DNA of 64,000 bases from an uncultured Pseudacidovorax sp. (lineage in GTDB: Bacteria; Pseudomonadota; Gammaproteobacteria; Burkholderiales; Burkholderiaceae_C). Positions 17,678-32,389 of this stretch are shown here, one piece after another. Location: NCBI RefSeq assembly GCF_913773995.1, contig NZ_CAJYES010000033.1, positions 17,364 through 81,363 on the forward strand. The letters run 5' to 3'. Made by a program: the position numbers and the translations under genes. Below the pieces are notes generated by a model, which ran no database searches, was not told the origin of the DNA, and saw only the letters and a program-made list of their open reading frames with translations. How positions within the stretch are numbered: the first letter of the stretch is position 1; every line of letters starts with the position of its first letter.

Positions 17678-18880
17678 TCAAGGTGCGACGCCGCGGGCGC
17701 GCAGCGTCTCATGCATGGCCAGCACGCCGGCGCCGGTCACGCCCGAATCGGCGCCCAGGGGCGTGTACTGGATCTCCAGGTGCCGCGTCGACAGGGCCAG
17801 CGAGCGTTGGTAGACGCTCTGCCGCACGGCCGCCAGGAACAGCGGACCGATCTGCGTGATGCCGCCGCCGATGAACACATGCGAGGGATTGAAGAAGTTC
17901 ACCACCGAGGCCAGCATCTGCCCGATCAGGCTGCCGGCGCGCTGGATGATGGCGTTGGCGGCCACGTCGCCTGCGCGGCTGGCGTGGCCCACGTCGATGG
18001 CTTCGATGCGGCCCTGGGTGCGCAGCACGGCCGCCAGCGCGGGCGACTCGCCGCGCTCCGCGGCCGCCTGCGCCATGCGCACGATGGCCGGACCGGCCGC
18101 CATGGCCTCGACGCAGCCCACGTTGCCGCAGTGGCAGCGCGGCCCCTGCTGGTCCACGCAGATGTGGCCCACGTCGCCGGCCGAGCCGGCCGCGCCGCGG
18201 TAGACCTCGCCGTGGCACACGATGCCGCAGCCGATGCCGGTGCCCACCTTGATCACCAGGAAGTTGGACAGCCCGCGCTGCAGCCGCCACAGCTCGCCCA
18301 GCGCCATCAGGTTGACGTCGTTGTCCACGAAGACAGGCGCCGCGTAGTCCTCGCGCAGGTAGTCGCGGATGGAGAAGCTGTCCCAGCCCGGCATCAGCGG
18401 CGGATTGACGAGCTGGCCGGCCTCGAAGTTGACCGGCCCGGGCACGCCCATGCCGATGCCCAGCACCCGCCGCGCGGGAATGCCGAGCGCCTGAAGCAAC
18501 TCGCGCAGGCGGTGGCGCACGCGGGCCAGCACCACGCCCGGGCCTTCGCGCACATCGATGGTCTCGGCGTGCCGCGCGAGCACCGTCAGGTCGGGCTGCA
18601 TCACGGCGACGTCGAGGCTGGTGGCCCCGATGTCCACCGCCAGCAGCACGCCCAGTTCCGCCGGCAGCTGCAACTGCTCGGGGCGGCGTCCGCCGGTCGA
18701 GGCGCGCGGACCGGCCTCGGCCAGCAGGCCCTGCTCGATCAGGCCGGCGATCAGCGTATTGGCGCGGCTGCGGGAGAAGCCCAGCCGCTCGGCCATGCCA
18801 TGGCGCGAGCCGCCCGCCGACCAGAAGAGGGTCGAGAGCAGATCCAGCTCTGCGGCAGAAAGGCCGTTCCAGGGCGCCAT
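17678..18880 (-). CDS. ROK-family transcriptional regulator (XylR/NagC-like)
   Basis: N-terminal HTH SRHGMAERLGFSR, FVDNDVN, GTGIGCG and Zn motif GHI..CHCGNVGCVEA. Confidence 0.92.
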   Translation of the reverse strand: MAPWNGLSAAELDLLSTLFWSAGGSRHGMAERLGFSRSRANTLIAGLIEQGLLAEAGPRASTGGRRPEQLQLPAELGVLLAVDIGATSLDVAVMQPDLTVLARHAETIDVREGPGVVLARVRHRLRELLQALGIPARRVLGIGMGVPGPVNFEAGQLVNPPLMPGWDSFSIRDYLREDYAAPVFVDNDVNLMALGELWRLQRGLSNFLVIKVGTGIGCGIVCHGEVYRGAAGSAGDVGHICVDQQGPRCHCGNVGCVEAMAAGPAIVRMAQAAAERGESPALAAVLRTQGRIEAIDVGHASRAGDVAANAIIQRAGSLIGQMLASVVNFFNPSHVFIGGGITQIGPLFLAAVRQSVYQRSLALSTRHLEIQYTPLGADSGVTGAGVLAMHETLRARGVAP

Positions 18881-19042
18881 GCGGCGTTGTCTCCGTGCTT
18901 TGTGTTGCCAATCTTGACCGAATGGCAAAGTGGCACGGATGCTAGGCGGCCGACTTTGGACAGACAAGGCCGAACTTTGGCCAGAAATCGGCAGAAGTGG
19001 CCGACGCACGTCTCTTGGCTTCATGCGTTGGCAAGCCAAAAG

Positions 19043-19070
19043 AAAAAAGCCAGTCAGCGAACTGACTGGC
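19043..19070 (-). terminator. Rho-independent terminator of the atp operon
   Basis: On the minus strand, GCCAGTCAG-TTCG-CTGACTGGC followed by TTTTTT, about 40 nt after the atpC stop. Confidence 0.9.
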
Positions 19071-19111
19071 TCTTCTGCGGAGGCAAAGGCGCGGCGGGAT
19101 GCCGCAAGGCC

Positions 19112-19531
19112 TTACTTCTTCTGGCGGTACTTGCGCAGCGCGGCCAGCTGGGCGGCCATCACGGCCAGCTCGGACTGGGCCATGGCGATGTCGATCTCGC
19201 TCTTGGCGTTCTTGAGGGCTTCCTCGGCGGCGCTCTTGGCAGCGGCGGCCTTCTCGTCGTCCAGGTCCTTGCCGCGGATGGCGGTGTCGGACAGCACGGT
19301 CACGCAGTCGGGCTGCACTTCGAGGATGCCACCGGCCACGAACACGAACTCCTCGCCACCGTCGGCCGTCTCGATGCGCACGGCACCAGGACGGATACGC
19401 GTGATCAGCGGCGTGTGGCGCGGGAAGATGCCGAGCTCACCGGCTTCGCCGGGCAGCGCGACGAACTTCGCCTCGCCCGAGAAGATGGACTCCTCGGCGC
19501 TGACGACGTCGACGTGAATGGTGTTTGCCAT
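19112..19531 (-). CDS. atpC: F0F1 ATP synthase subunit epsilon
   Basis: [31 protein letters not shown]; operon position. Confidence 0.97.
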   Translation of the reverse strand: MANTIHVDVVSAEESIFSGEAKFVALPGEAGELGIFPRHTPLITRIRPGAVRIETADGGEEFVFVAGGILEVQPDCVTVLSDTAIRGKDLDDEKAAAAKSAAEEALKNAKSEIDIAMAQSELAVMAAQLAALRKYRQKK

Positions 19532-19545
19532 GGATGGTGCGCCGA

Positions 19546-21889
<2,344 letters not shown>

Positions 21890-21909
21890 AGCGCTCTATG
21901 CCTCTCGAA

Positions 21910-23463
<1,554 letters not shown>

Positions 23464-23513
23464 GACTCTTTCCTTCTTTCAATCGGGTGTAAGGACGCGC
23501 GCCACCAGCCGGG

Positions 23514-24044
23514 TCAGGCGGTGAGCGCCGCCTTCATTTGTTCGAGACGGGCCTTGACCGAGGTGTCGAGCACTTCGTCGCCGACCACGGCGCGGATGCC
23601 GCCGATGAGCGACGGGTCCAGCTCCACGCGGGTGGTCAGCTTGCGGCCGAAGCGGCGCTCCAGTGCGGCCTGGACTTCGCCCAGAGCCGTGCCTTCGATC
23701 GGGAAGGCGCTGAAGAGCACGGCATCGGCAGCGCCGCTGGCGGCGTTCTGCAGGGCGCGGAACTGCGTCGCCACTTCCGGCAGAGCGGCCAGACGGCCGT
23801 TGTCGATCACGGCGTGCAGGAAGTTCTGGCCCTGCTGCGGCAGGCCGCCCGGCACCATCCCGGCGATCAGGTCGAACACCTGCTGCGAGGACACCTTGGG
23901 GCTGGCTGCGAATTGCTGCAGCGGCGCGCTGCCGGCCACCTGGGCCAGCGGCTCCAGCCATTCGGCCGTGGCCTGCGCGTTGCCGGCAGACGCCTTGTAC
24001 AGCGCTTCGGCGTAAGGACGGGCAATGGTGGCGAGTTCGGCCAT
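23514..24044 (-). CDS. atpH: F0F1 ATP synthase subunit delta
   Basis: [15 protein letters not shown] and [15 protein letters not shown]. Confidence 0.97.
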   Translation of the reverse strand: MAELATIARPYAEALYKASAGNAQATAEWLEPLAQVAGSAPLQQFAASPKVSSQQVFDLIAGMVPGGLPQQGQNFLHAVIDNGRLAALPEVATQFRALQNAASGAADAVLFSAFPIEGTALGEVQAALERRFGRKLTTRVELDPSLIGGIRAVVGDEVLDTSVKARLEQMKAALTA

Positions 24045-24054
24045 CGATTCGTCC

Positions 24055-24525
24055 TTACAGCTCGGTCTTCAGGCGATTGAGCAGGTCGGCATGCACGTTG
24101 GCATCGACTTCCTTGCGCAGGATCTGCTCGGCACCCTTGACGGCCAGCGTGGCGACCTGCTCGCGCAGGACTTCACGGGCACGCACGGACTGCTGCTCGG
24201 CCTCATCGCGCGCGGCGGCCACGATCTTGTTGGCCTCCTCGGTGGCACGGGCCTTGGCCTCTTCGATGATCTGCTGGGCGCGGCGCTCGGCATCGGCCAG
24301 GCGATTGCTGGTCTCGGTGCGCGAAGCCTGCAGCTCCTGCTCGACGCGTTGGTTGGCGGAAGCGAGTTCGGCCTTGGCCTTCTCGGCGGCCGCCAGGCCC
24401 GCAGCGATCTTTTGAGCCCGTTCATCCAGCGCCTTTGCGATCGGCGGCCACACGAACTTCATCGTGAACAGCACGAGCAGCAAAAAGACGACGGCCTGAA
24501 CGAACAGGGTTGCGTTGATGCTCAC
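24055..24525 (-). CDS. atpF: F0F1 ATP synthase subunit b
   Basis: [20 protein letters not shown] followed by a coiled coil; GTG start. Confidence 0.97.
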   Translation of the reverse strand: MSINATLFVQAVVFLLLVLFTMKFVWPPIAKALDERAQKIAAGLAAAEKAKAELASANQRVEQELQASRTETSNRLADAERRAQQIIEEAKARATEEANKIVAAARDEAEQQSVRAREVLREQVATLAVKGAEQILRKEVDANVHADLLNRLKTEL

Positions 24526-24562
24526 GACAACACCTTTCTACAGACGGTGTGGACGAAAAGGA

Positions 24563-24826
<264 letters not shown>

Positions 24827-24899
24827 TTAGATGAAAGGCAAGAGAGAGGGAAAAACGAAACGAGAGGAAAAGCGAGAGCGTGAGGGCCGCAGGGGCCGC

Positions 24900-25778
24900 T
24901 CAGTGGGCTTCGTGCGCCTGGCCCAGGTAGATGAGCGTCAGCATCATGAAGATGAAGGCCTGCAGCGTGATCACCAGGATGTGGAAGATCGCCCAGATGG
25001 TGCCGGCGATGATGTGCCCGATGGGCAGCAGCACGCCCGACAGCGAAGCCGCCATGGCGCCGCCCATCAGGGCGATCAGCATGAACACCAGTTCACCCGC
25101 ATACATGTTGCCGAACAGCCGCATGCCGTGCGAGATGGTCTTGGCCAGGTATTCGATGATCTGCATCAGCAGGTTGATGGGCCACAGCAGGGGGTGGGCC
25201 CCGAAGGGCGCCGAGATCAGCTCGTGGCCCCAGCCACCCAGACCCTTGATCTTGACGCTGTAGATCAGGCACAGCAGCAGCACCGAGGTCGACAGGCCCA
25301 GCGTGGTGGACAGGTCGGCGGTGGGCACCACACGCATGTAGGCATGGTGCGGGTCGTGACCCATGGCCGCGTAGGCCTTGGACCAGATCGCCGGCAGCAG
25401 GTCCACCGGCAGCATGTCCATGGCGTTGAGCAGGAAGATCCACACGAACACGGTCAGCGCCAGCGGGGCGATGAACTTGCGGCTCTTGGCGTTGTGGATG
25501 TTGGCCTTGGCCTGGTTGTCGACCATCTCGACCAGCATCTCGACGGCGGCCTGGAAGCGGCCGGGCACGCCGGCCGTGGCCTTGCGTGCGGCGAGCCACA
25601 GCACGAAGCAACCCAGCGCGCCGATCACCAGCGCATAGAGAACGGAGTCGAGGTTGATGACACCGAAGTCCACGATGGCCTTCTGGACCACGGGCTTGAG
25701 GCTCCAGTCCACCTGCCAGTGCTGCAGGTGGTGGACGATGTACTCACTCGCGGTCGGGGCGTGTCCTTCGGCGGCCAT
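24900..25778 (-). CDS. atpB: F0F1 ATP synthase subunit a
   Basis: YIVHHL, MRLFGNMYAGE and LQAFIFMMLT. Confidence 0.98.
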   Translation of the reverse strand: MAAEGHAPTASEYIVHHLQHWQVDWSLKPVVQKAIVDFGVINLDSVLYALVIGALGCFVLWLAARKATAGVPGRFQAAVEMLVEMVDNQAKANIHNAKSRKFIAPLALTVFVWIFLLNAMDMLPVDLLPAIWSKAYAAMGHDPHHAYMRVVPTADLSTTLGLSTSVLLLCLIYSVKIKGLGGWGHELISAPFGAHPLLWPINLLMQIIEYLAKTISHGMRLFGNMYAGELVFMLIALMGGAMAASLSGVLLPIGHIIAGTIWAIFHILVITLQAFIFMMLTLIYLGQAHEAH

Positions 25779-25804
25779 CTTTCAGCGTCTTTTCTCTTAA
25801 ACAG

Positions 25805-26293
25805 TCAAATACGGTTCGGTTTGCGGGGCCGCATGACCAGCGCGAGCCAGTACATCTTGAGCGCGACCACCGCGCCGGCCAGCAGAGCCAGCCAGTGAAT
25901 TCCCTCGACCAGCCACGGTGCCGCGGCAAGCAGAGCCACGGTCAGCGCGATCTTGATCAGTTCCCACACCATAAAACCCAGCATGGCAGCCGATTGCGAC
26001 ACGCCACCACGCATGCGACCCATGGCACGGGCGAACAGCGCAGCGGGCACAGCCACCGCCATGGCTCCGTAGAACGCGGACACCGCCGCCACCGGCCGCT
26101 GCGTCCAGCCCCAGGCCACCGCCGCCACGATCAACCCCGAGGCGATCTGGGCCCCGACCACCCACCAGGGGGAGAGTTCGGGATGGCGCTCGCGCAGCCG
26201 CTGGGCCTCTTCGGCGGTCAGCGGGGTGAAGCTGTCTTCGTCAGCTTCCGCGGGCTCGGTGTCGACCGTGGGGATCGGGGCCTTGGTTGTCAT
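25805..26293 (-). CDS. atpI: ATP synthase protein I
   Basis: First gene of the atp operon; four hydrophobic segments and WELIKI motif. Confidence 0.85.
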   Translation of the reverse strand: MTTKAPIPTVDTEPAEADEDSFTPLTAEEAQRLRERHPELSPWWVVGAQIASGLIVAAVAWGWTQRPVAAVSAFYGAMAVAVPAALFARAMGRMRGGVSQSAAMLGFMVWELIKIALTVALLAAAPWLVEGIHWLALLAGAVVALKMYWLALVMRPRKPNRI

Positions 26294-26348
26294 TCGAATG
26301 GCAGCCGTCGGTCCAAACGGTCAGGTTGGGAAATCTACAAAGCCACTC

Positions 26349-26354
26349 ATTATA
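26349..26354 (-). promoter_or_regulatory. Candidate sigma70 -10 box for the atp operon
   Basis: Perfect TATAAT on the minus strand in the AT-rich atpI/dat intergenic region; no clear -35 box. Confidence 0.4.
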
Positions 26355-26410
26355 GGTAGCAAAAACACGTAGAGGCCAGCCCAGAGTGGTGCGGCTTCGA
26401 TAATCGACCC

Positions 26411-27286
26411 ATGCCTAGTGCCACGCCCCTGCCCGAATCCCTGTGCCATCTCGATGGCGAATACCTGCCGCTGCGCGACGCCAAGGTGAGCGTCCTGGAC
26501 CGCGGCTTCATCTTCGGCGACGGCATCTACGAGGTGGTGCCGGTGTACGACGGCCGCCTGTTCTGCTTCGACGAACACATGGCGCGCATGGAGCGCTCGC
26601 TGGACGAATTGCGCATTCCCAACCCCCACGACCGTGGCGGCTGGCGCGCCATCGCCGAGCGGCTGATCGAATCGTCCGAGCAGTCGCCCTCGCAGTCGCT
26701 CTACATCCAGATCACCCGCGGCGTCGCCATCCGCGACCATGCGATGCCTGCGGGCCTCATTCCCACGGTCTTCGTGATGCTCAACCCGCTCAAGCCGGTG
26801 GCCGACAAGGCGCGGGCCGAGGGCGTGGCCTGCGTCACGGCCGAAGAGTTCCGCTGGCAGAAGGCCCACATCAAGAGCACCAGCCTGCTGGGCGCCGTGC
26901 TGGCGCGCCAGATCAGCGTGGAGGCCGGCGCCGCCGAGACGCTGATGTTCCGCGGCGAGCTGCTGAGCGAGGCCTCGTCGAGCAACGTCTGGGTGATCAA
27001 GGACGGCGCCGTCGCCGGCCCCGTGCCCGACCACCGCGTCCTGCGCGGCATCCGCTACGGGCTGCTGCAGCGGCTGTGCGAATCGCGCGGCATTCCCTTC
27101 GCGCTGCGCGACATCACCCGCGACGAAGTCTTCGCCGCCGACGAACTGCTGATCTCCTCCGCCACCAAGGAGATCGTGCCCGTCACCCGCCTGGACGGCC
27201 GCCCGGTTGGAAAGGGCGTGCCCGGCCCCATCTACCAAGCCTTGTATGCGGCCTACCAGGACGCCAAGCAGGAGCCCCAGCCATGA
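26411..27286 (+). CDS. dat: D-amino acid aminotransferase (class IV PLP enzyme)
   Basis: [23 protein letters not shown] (PLP Lys), EASSSNV and LRGI; position before ybeD-lipB-lipA. Confidence 0.85.
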   Translation: MPSATPLPESLCHLDGEYLPLRDAKVSVLDRGFIFGDGIYEVVPVYDGRLFCFDEHMARMERSLDELRIPNPHDRGGWRAIAERLIESSEQSPSQSLYIQITRGVAIRDHAMPAGLIPTVFVMLNPLKPVADKARAEGVACVTAEEFRWQKAHIKSTSLLGAVLARQISVEAGAAETLMFRGELLSEASSSNVWVIKDGAVAGPVPDHRVLRGIRYGLLQRLCESRGIPFALRDITRDEVFAADELLISSATKEIVPVTRLDGRPVGKGVPGPIYQALYAAYQDAKQEPQP

Positions 27287-27582
27287 CCGACACCCCCGCC
27301 ACCCCCGGCTCGACCGACCCGCGCAAGGATTCGCTGATCGAATACCCCTCGCGCTTTCCCATCAAGGTGATGGGTGCGAAGGTGGACGGCTTCGTCGGCG
27401 CCGTGACGCACATCGCCAAGCAGTTCGACCCCGAGTTCGACGCCGGCACCATCGAACTGCGCGACAGCCGCGCCGGCAACTACCTGGGCGTGACCATCAC
27501 CATCACCGCCACCAGCCGCGAGCAGCTGGACGAGCTGTACCGCACGCTGTCCTCGCACCCGATGGTCAAGGTCGTGCTGTGA
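27283..27582 (+). CDS. ybeD: DUF493 family protein YbeD
   Basis: [24 protein letters not shown] and HPMVKVVL. Confidence 0.93.
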   Translation: MTDTPATPGSTDPRKDSLIEYPSRFPIKVMGAKVDGFVGAVTHIAKQFDPEFDAGTIELRDSRAGNYLGVTITITATSREQLDELYRTLSSHPMVKVVL

Positions 27583-28304
27583 GCGTGGCCGACGGCGAAG
27601 CCCCGGCCGCGGCAGAAGCCGTCCGCCCGCCCACGCCCACGCCCGAGTGGCTGGGCCGGGTGGACTACGCCGCCACCTTCGCCGCCATGCAGCGCTTTAC
27701 CGCCGAGCGCATGCCCGAAACGCCCGACCGTCTCTGGCTGTGCGAACACGACCCGGTCTTCACCCAGGGCCTCGCCGGCCGGCAGGACCATCTGCTGCTG
27801 CCGGGCGCCATCCCCGTCATCCAGACCGACCGCGGCGGCCAGGTCACCTACCACGGCCCGGGCCAGGTGGTGGCCTATCCGCTGCTGGACCTGAAGCGCG
27901 CCGGTTACTTCATCAAGGAATACGTCTACCGCATCGAGGAGTCGGTGATCGGCACGCTGGCCCACTTCGGCGTGACGGGCCATCGCGTGCCCACGGCGCC
28001 GGGCATCTACGTGCGGCTGGACGACCCTTTCTCGCATTCGGCTCTGACCGGCCCCATGCCGGGCGGCGACCCCTTCCGCGGCCTGGGCAAGATCGCCGCG
28101 CTGGGCCTGAAGGTCAGCCGGCATTGCACCTACCACGGCGTGGCACTGAACGTGGACATGGACCTGGAACCCTATTCGCGCATCAACCCTTGCGGCTACG
28201 CAGGGCTGCGCACGGTCGACCTTTCTACAATCGGCGTCCCCGTGGCCTGGGACGATGCCGCCCAGGTACTGAGCCGGAAGCTGCAGGCCTACCTCCTGCC
28301 CTGA
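27579..28304 (+). CDS. lipB: Lipoyl(octanoyl) transferase
   Basis: [38 protein letters not shown] and INPCG. GTG start overlaps the ybeD stop. Confidence 0.96.
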   Translation: MSVADGEAPAAAEAVRPPTPTPEWLGRVDYAATFAAMQRFTAERMPETPDRLWLCEHDPVFTQGLAGRQDHLLLPGAIPVIQTDRGGQVTYHGPGQVVAYPLLDLKRAGYFIKEYVYRIEESVIGTLAHFGVTGHRVPTAPGIYVRLDDPFSHSALTGPMPGGDPFRGLGKIAALGLKVSRHCTYHGVALNVDMDLEPYSRINPCGYAGLRTVDLSTIGVPVAWDDAAQVLSRKLQAYLLP

Positions 28305-28335
28305 CACCCCCCGGCCCCTCCCAGAAAGCCTCCCA

Positions 28336-29346
28336 ATGAGCTCCACCGAAGTCGTCCGCGACGCCCAGAGCGCCGACACCTACAACCCGCTCGCGAAGCA
28401 GAAGGCCGCCGCCAAGCTCTCGCGCATCCCCGTCAAGGTCGAGCAGACGGGCGAGGTGCTCAAGAAGCCCGAGTGGATCCGCGTCAAGGCCGGCAGCCCA
28501 ACCACGCGCTTCTACGAAATCAAGCAGATCCTGCGCGAGTCCAACCTGCACACGGTCTGCGAAGAGGCCTCCTGCCCCAACATCGGCGAATGCTTCGGCA
28601 AGGGCACGGCCACCTTCATGATCATGGGCGACAAGTGCACCCGCCGCTGCCCCTTCTGCGACGTGGGCCACGGCCGGCCCGACCCGCTGGACAAGGACGA
28701 GCCGCTCAACCTGGCCAGGACCATCGCCAAGCTGCGCCTCAAGTACGTGGTGATCACCAGCGTCGACCGCGACGACCTGCGCGACGGCGGCAGCGGCCAC
28801 TTCGTGGAATGCATCCAGAAGACGCGCGAGCTCTCGCCCACGACGCAGATCGAGATCCTGGTGCCCGACTTCCGCGGCCGCGACGACCGCGCGCTGGAGA
28901 TCCTCAAGGCCGCGCCGCCGGACGTGATGAACCACAACCTGGAGACCATCCCGCGCCTGTACAAGGAAGCGCGACCGGGCTCCGACTACCAGTTCAGCCT
29001 GAACCTGCTCAAGAAGTTCAAGGCGCTGCATCCCAGCGTGCCGACCAAGAGCGGCATCATGGTCGGCCTGGGCGAGACCGACGAAGAGATCCTGCAGGTC
29101 ATGCGCGACATGCGTGCGCACGACATCGACATGCTGACCATCGGCCAGTACCTTGCGCCCAGCAACAGCCACCTGCCGGTGCGCCGCTACGTGCACCCGG
29201 ACACCTTCAAGATGTTCGAGGAAGAGGCCTACAAGATGGGCTTCAGCCATGCCGCCGTGGGTGCCATGGTGCGCAGCAGCTACCACGCCGACCAGCAGGC
29301 CGGCCATGTGCTGGCCGCCGGCGCCGAAGCCGCGCCTGCTGCCTGA
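28336..29346 (+). CDS. lipA: Lipoyl synthase
   Basis: [12 protein letters not shown], radical-SAM CTRRCPFC and VRSSY. Confidence 0.98.
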   Translation: MSSTEVVRDAQSADTYNPLAKQKAAAKLSRIPVKVEQTGEVLKKPEWIRVKAGSPTTRFYEIKQILRESNLHTVCEEASCPNIGECFGKGTATFMIMGDKCTRRCPFCDVGHGRPDPLDKDEPLNLARTIAKLRLKYVVITSVDRDDLRDGGSGHFVECIQKTRELSPTTQIEILVPDFRGRDDRALEILKAAPPDVMNHNLETIPRLYKEARPGSDYQFSLNLLKKFKALHPSVPTKSGIMVGLGETDEEILQVMRDMRAHDIDMLTIGQYLAPSNSHLPVRRYVHPDTFKMFEEEAYKMGFSHAAVGAMVRSSYHADQQAGHVLAAGAEAAPAA

Positions 29347-29365
29347 TCACCTGATCTCCTGATCG
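29342..29365. repeat. Imperfect tandem 8-mer CCTGATCN x3 at the lipA stop
   Basis: cctgatca cctgatct cctgatcg, read directly from the sequence. Confidence 0.75.
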
Positions 29366-29482
29366 CCCGAGTCCCGTGCGCAGGCGCGCGCGGGGCGCGA
29401 AGGCGACTCGGGCACGGCGCATGCGTGCATGGCACGCGTCTCGCGCCATCGCCGGCTACCCTCCTGGCTCGCCGGACCCGCC

Positions 29483-30439
29483 ATGCTTGCCATCCTCTCG
29501 ATCACCGTCCCTATCTACCTCGCCATCGCCGCCGGCTGGCTGGTCACACGCAGGGGGCTGTTCGCCCGCGGCGACATGCGGGTGCTGGGGCTGTTCGTGA
29601 TCCGGCTGGCCTTGCCGGCCCTGCTGTTCAGTGCGCTGGTGCAGCGGCCGACGGGCGATGTGCTCAACCTGCGCTACATGCTGCTGTATGCGCTCGGCTC
29701 GCTGCTCACGCTCTTCGTGGGCCGCTGGTGGGCGGCGCGGCAGGGCCCGGCGGGCAACCCCGTGCCGGCGCTCATGGCCATGGGCATGAGCTGCCCCAAC
29801 AGCGGCTTCGTCGGCTATCCCATCCTGTCGATGGTGATCGCGCAGACGGCCGGTCTGGTGCTGGGCCTGAACATGATCGTGGAGAACCTGCTGCTGGTGC
29901 CGCTGGCCATGGCGCTGGCCGATGCCGCCGACGGCCGCGGCGACTGGCGCCTCACGCTGCGGCGCACCGCGCACAGCCTGGCGCGCAATCCCATGATCTG
30001 GGCCATGGCCGCGGGGGTGGCCGTGGCGCTTACGGGGCTGCGCCTGCCGGCGCCGCTGCTGCGCACCATCGGCCTGTTCGCGCAGGCCAGCACGGCGCTG
30101 TCGCTGTTCGTGATCGGCGGCTCGCTGGTGGGGCTGGGCCTCGCCGGCATGCGCCGCCAGGTGCTGCGCATCGCGGCCGGCAAGCTGCTGCTGCATCCGG
30201 CCTTGATGCTGGCGGTGCTGCTGGCGGCCGAGGCGCTGGGCATGCCACCCATGGAGCCGGCGCTTCGCCTGGCGCTGGTGCTGTCGGCGGCTGCGCCCAT
30301 GCTGAGCATCTATCCGATCCTGGCCCAGCCGCATGGCCAGGATTCGCTGGCGGCCGCCTCGCTGCTGGCCACGACGGCACTGTCCTTCTTCACCATCAGC
30401 GCGCTGCTCGCGGTGCTGCCGCACCTGCTCGGCGCCTGA
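29483..30439 (+). CDS. AEC (auxin efflux carrier) family transporter
   Basis: FVIRLALPALLF, PNSGFVGYP, RNPMIWA and KLLLHP; about 10 transmembrane segments. Confidence 0.9.
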   Translation: MLAILSITVPIYLAIAAGWLVTRRGLFARGDMRVLGLFVIRLALPALLFSALVQRPTGDVLNLRYMLLYALGSLLTLFVGRWWAARQGPAGNPVPALMAMGMSCPNSGFVGYPILSMVIAQTAGLVLGLNMIVENLLLVPLAMALADAADGRGDWRLTLRRTAHSLARNPMIWAMAAGVAVALTGLRLPAPLLRTIGLFAQASTALSLFVIGGSLVGLGLAGMRRQVLRIAAGKLLLHPALMLAVLLAAEALGMPPMEPALRLALVLSAAAPMLSIYPILAQPHGQDSLAAASLLATTALSFFTISALLAVLPHLLGA

Positions 30440-30489
30440 GGCGGGACTGGCCCGGCGGGCTCTTGCGGCCCGGCACGCGAAGGCTGGCG

Positions 30490-31371
30490 TCAGGCGGGCG
30501 AGCGCCCCGTCTCGCAGTGGCAGGTCCACGTCAATGCGCGAACCTCGCCGGGTTGCAGCACCGGGTCCGCCTCGCCCAGCCGACCGGGAAGGGCCGTGAC
30601 AGGTTCCGCGCACACGTAGTCGCCGATCACGGGACGATGCAAGACCAGCGACGTGGCGCCCTCGCATCGCGTCACGATGACGCGTCGTCCGGCCACGGGG
30701 AGGCGCATCTCACCGGTCCAGCCGGTGAAGACGGCCGTCTCACCGGGTTGCCCCTCGAACACGGCCGCTTGCGGCGCCGCCTCGGCCCGGCCCTGCTCGT
30801 CCAGCGCATGGCGCGCCGCCGCGGCGAATTGCAGCGACGAAACGGCCTGGGCCGACGCAGCCGGGTGGTAGGGGTGCCATCCCAGGCCGGCGGGCATGGC
30901 GTGGTCGCCGTCGTTGCGCAAACGCAGCGTCACCTGCAGGCCCCGGTCGTCCAGCACGATGTCCTGTTGCGCCGTCCAGGGCCAGAGCCACCCCTCTTCG
31001 CCGGCCTCGTGCACCTGCTCAAGCTGTGCATGCCGGCTCGACACCTCACGCACCTGCCAGGGCCGCCGATGGGCCATGCCATGCAGCGCGAAACCCGAAG
31101 GACCAGGCTGCGGACGATGACGCGCCCCCGCAAACAGGAAGCCGTCGGGCGGCAGCCGGTTGGCAAAGGGCAGCATGGGGAAGGCGCCCGCCTTGGGCCA
31201 TTGGTGTCCGTCGAATTCGCTGCCGGTCCATTCGACCAGCAGCGGAACCGGACCCACGCCATCGTCCCACGTCAGCGACGCGACGCGCCCCCCGGCGGCC
31301 GGCACGACCACGGCCGTGTACGGACCGCAGCGCAGGACCAGCGGATCACCGCGGAGCAGTCGCCGGCCCAT
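30490..31371 (-). CDS. Aldose 1-epimerase (mutarotase) family protein
   Basis: MLPFANR, LHGMA, GLGWHPY and VCAEP. Confidence 0.85.
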   Translation of the reverse strand: MGRRLLRGDPLVLRCGPYTAVVVPAAGGRVASLTWDDGVGPVPLLVEWTGSEFDGHQWPKAGAFPMLPFANRLPPDGFLFAGARHRPQPGPSGFALHGMAHRRPWQVREVSSRHAQLEQVHEAGEEGWLWPWTAQQDIVLDDRGLQVTLRLRNDGDHAMPAGLGWHPYHPAASAQAVSSLQFAAAARHALDEQGRAEAAPQAAVFEGQPGETAVFTGWTGEMRLPVAGRRVIVTRCEGATSLVLHRPVIGDYVCAEPVTALPGRLGEADPVLQPGEVRALTWTCHCETGRSPA

Positions 31372-31385
31372 GGCTGCGTGGCTCT

Positions 31386-32357
31386 TCAGTCCAGCCGTGC
31401 GCCAGAGAGCTGAACCGCCTCGGCCCAGCGTGCCATCTGGTCGGTCACGAAAGCCGCGAATTCCTTCTGCGAAGTGCGCCTCACTTCGAAGCCGAGTGCG
31501 CCCAGCTGCTCCTTCACCTCGGGCATGTCCAGCACCGCGTTGACCTCGTCGTGCAGACGGGCCACCAGCTCGGGCGGCGTCTTCGCCGGCGCGTGGATGC
31601 CGTTCCAGCCGGCGGTGCCAGCATCCGCCAGCTTCATCTCTACCAGCGTCGGCACCTGCGGCAGGAAGCTCGAACGGCTCGCCGTGGTCACCGCCAACGC
31701 GCGCAGCTTGCCGGCCTTGATGTGCGGCGCGGCCTCCGGAAAGCCGGACATCATCGCGGGCACCTGGCCGCCCAACAGGTCGTTGAGCGCAACCGCGCCG
31801 CCCTTGTAAGGGATGTGGTTGATGCTGAGGCCAGCCTTCTTCTTGAGCAATTCCAGCGCCAGGTGCTGGGCCGAGCCGTTGCCGGGCGTGGCCACGGCCA
31901 GCGGCTTGGCCGGATCCTGCGCCAACTTGATGAATTCCTGCATGGTCTGCGCCGGCGTGGACGGATGCACCACCAGCACGGTCGGCGTGTTGGCGATCTG
32001 CGCCACCGGCGCGAAGTCCTTCACCGTGTCGAAGGGCAGCGTGCGGTACAGGCTGGGGTTGACCGAGAAGGGCCCCGAGGACAGCAGCAGCGTGTAGCCG
32101 TCCGGCGCGGCCTTGGCCACGTCGGCCGTGCCGATGTTGCCCGAGGCGCCTGCCTTGTTGTCCACGATGACCGGCTGCTTGAGCCGCTCGCCCAGGTGGC
32201 GCGCGACCAGGCGCGCGGCGGCATCGGAGGAGCCACCCGCGGGCCAGGGCACCACCAGGCGGATCGGCTTCTCGGGCCAGGCGGCATGCGCCTGGAGACT
32301 GGGCGCGCCCAGCGCCAGCAGGGCCGCCAGGGCGGCAAGGAATCGTCGGGTGGTCAT
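31386..32357 (-). CDS. Bug/TctC-family substrate-binding protein
   Basis: WPEKPIRLVVPWPAGGSSD, DNKAGASGNIG and HIPYKGG. Confidence 0.95.
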   Translation of the reverse strand: MTTRRFLAALAALLALGAPSLQAHAAWPEKPIRLVVPWPAGGSSDAAARLVARHLGERLKQPVIVDNKAGASGNIGTADVAKAAPDGYTLLLSSGPFSVNPSLYRTLPFDTVKDFAPVAQIANTPTVLVVHPSTPAQTMQEFIKLAQDPAKPLAVATPGNGSAQHLALELLKKKAGLSINHIPYKGGAVALNDLLGGQVPAMMSGFPEAAPHIKAGKLRALAVTTASRSSFLPQVPTLVEMKLADAGTAGWNGIHAPAKTPPELVARLHDEVNAVLDMPEVKEQLGALGFEVRRTSQKEFAAFVTDQMARWAEAVQLSGARLD

Positions 32358-32389
32358 GGCTTGTCTCCGTCGTCGTGTTGTCGTGTCGT

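Noticed and set aside
18885-18945. TGGCA-containing motifs upstream of the ROK gene as sigma54 promoters
   Set aside because: Spacing is wrong: GG-N9-GC on the minus strand, and no GC at the -12 position on the plus strand.
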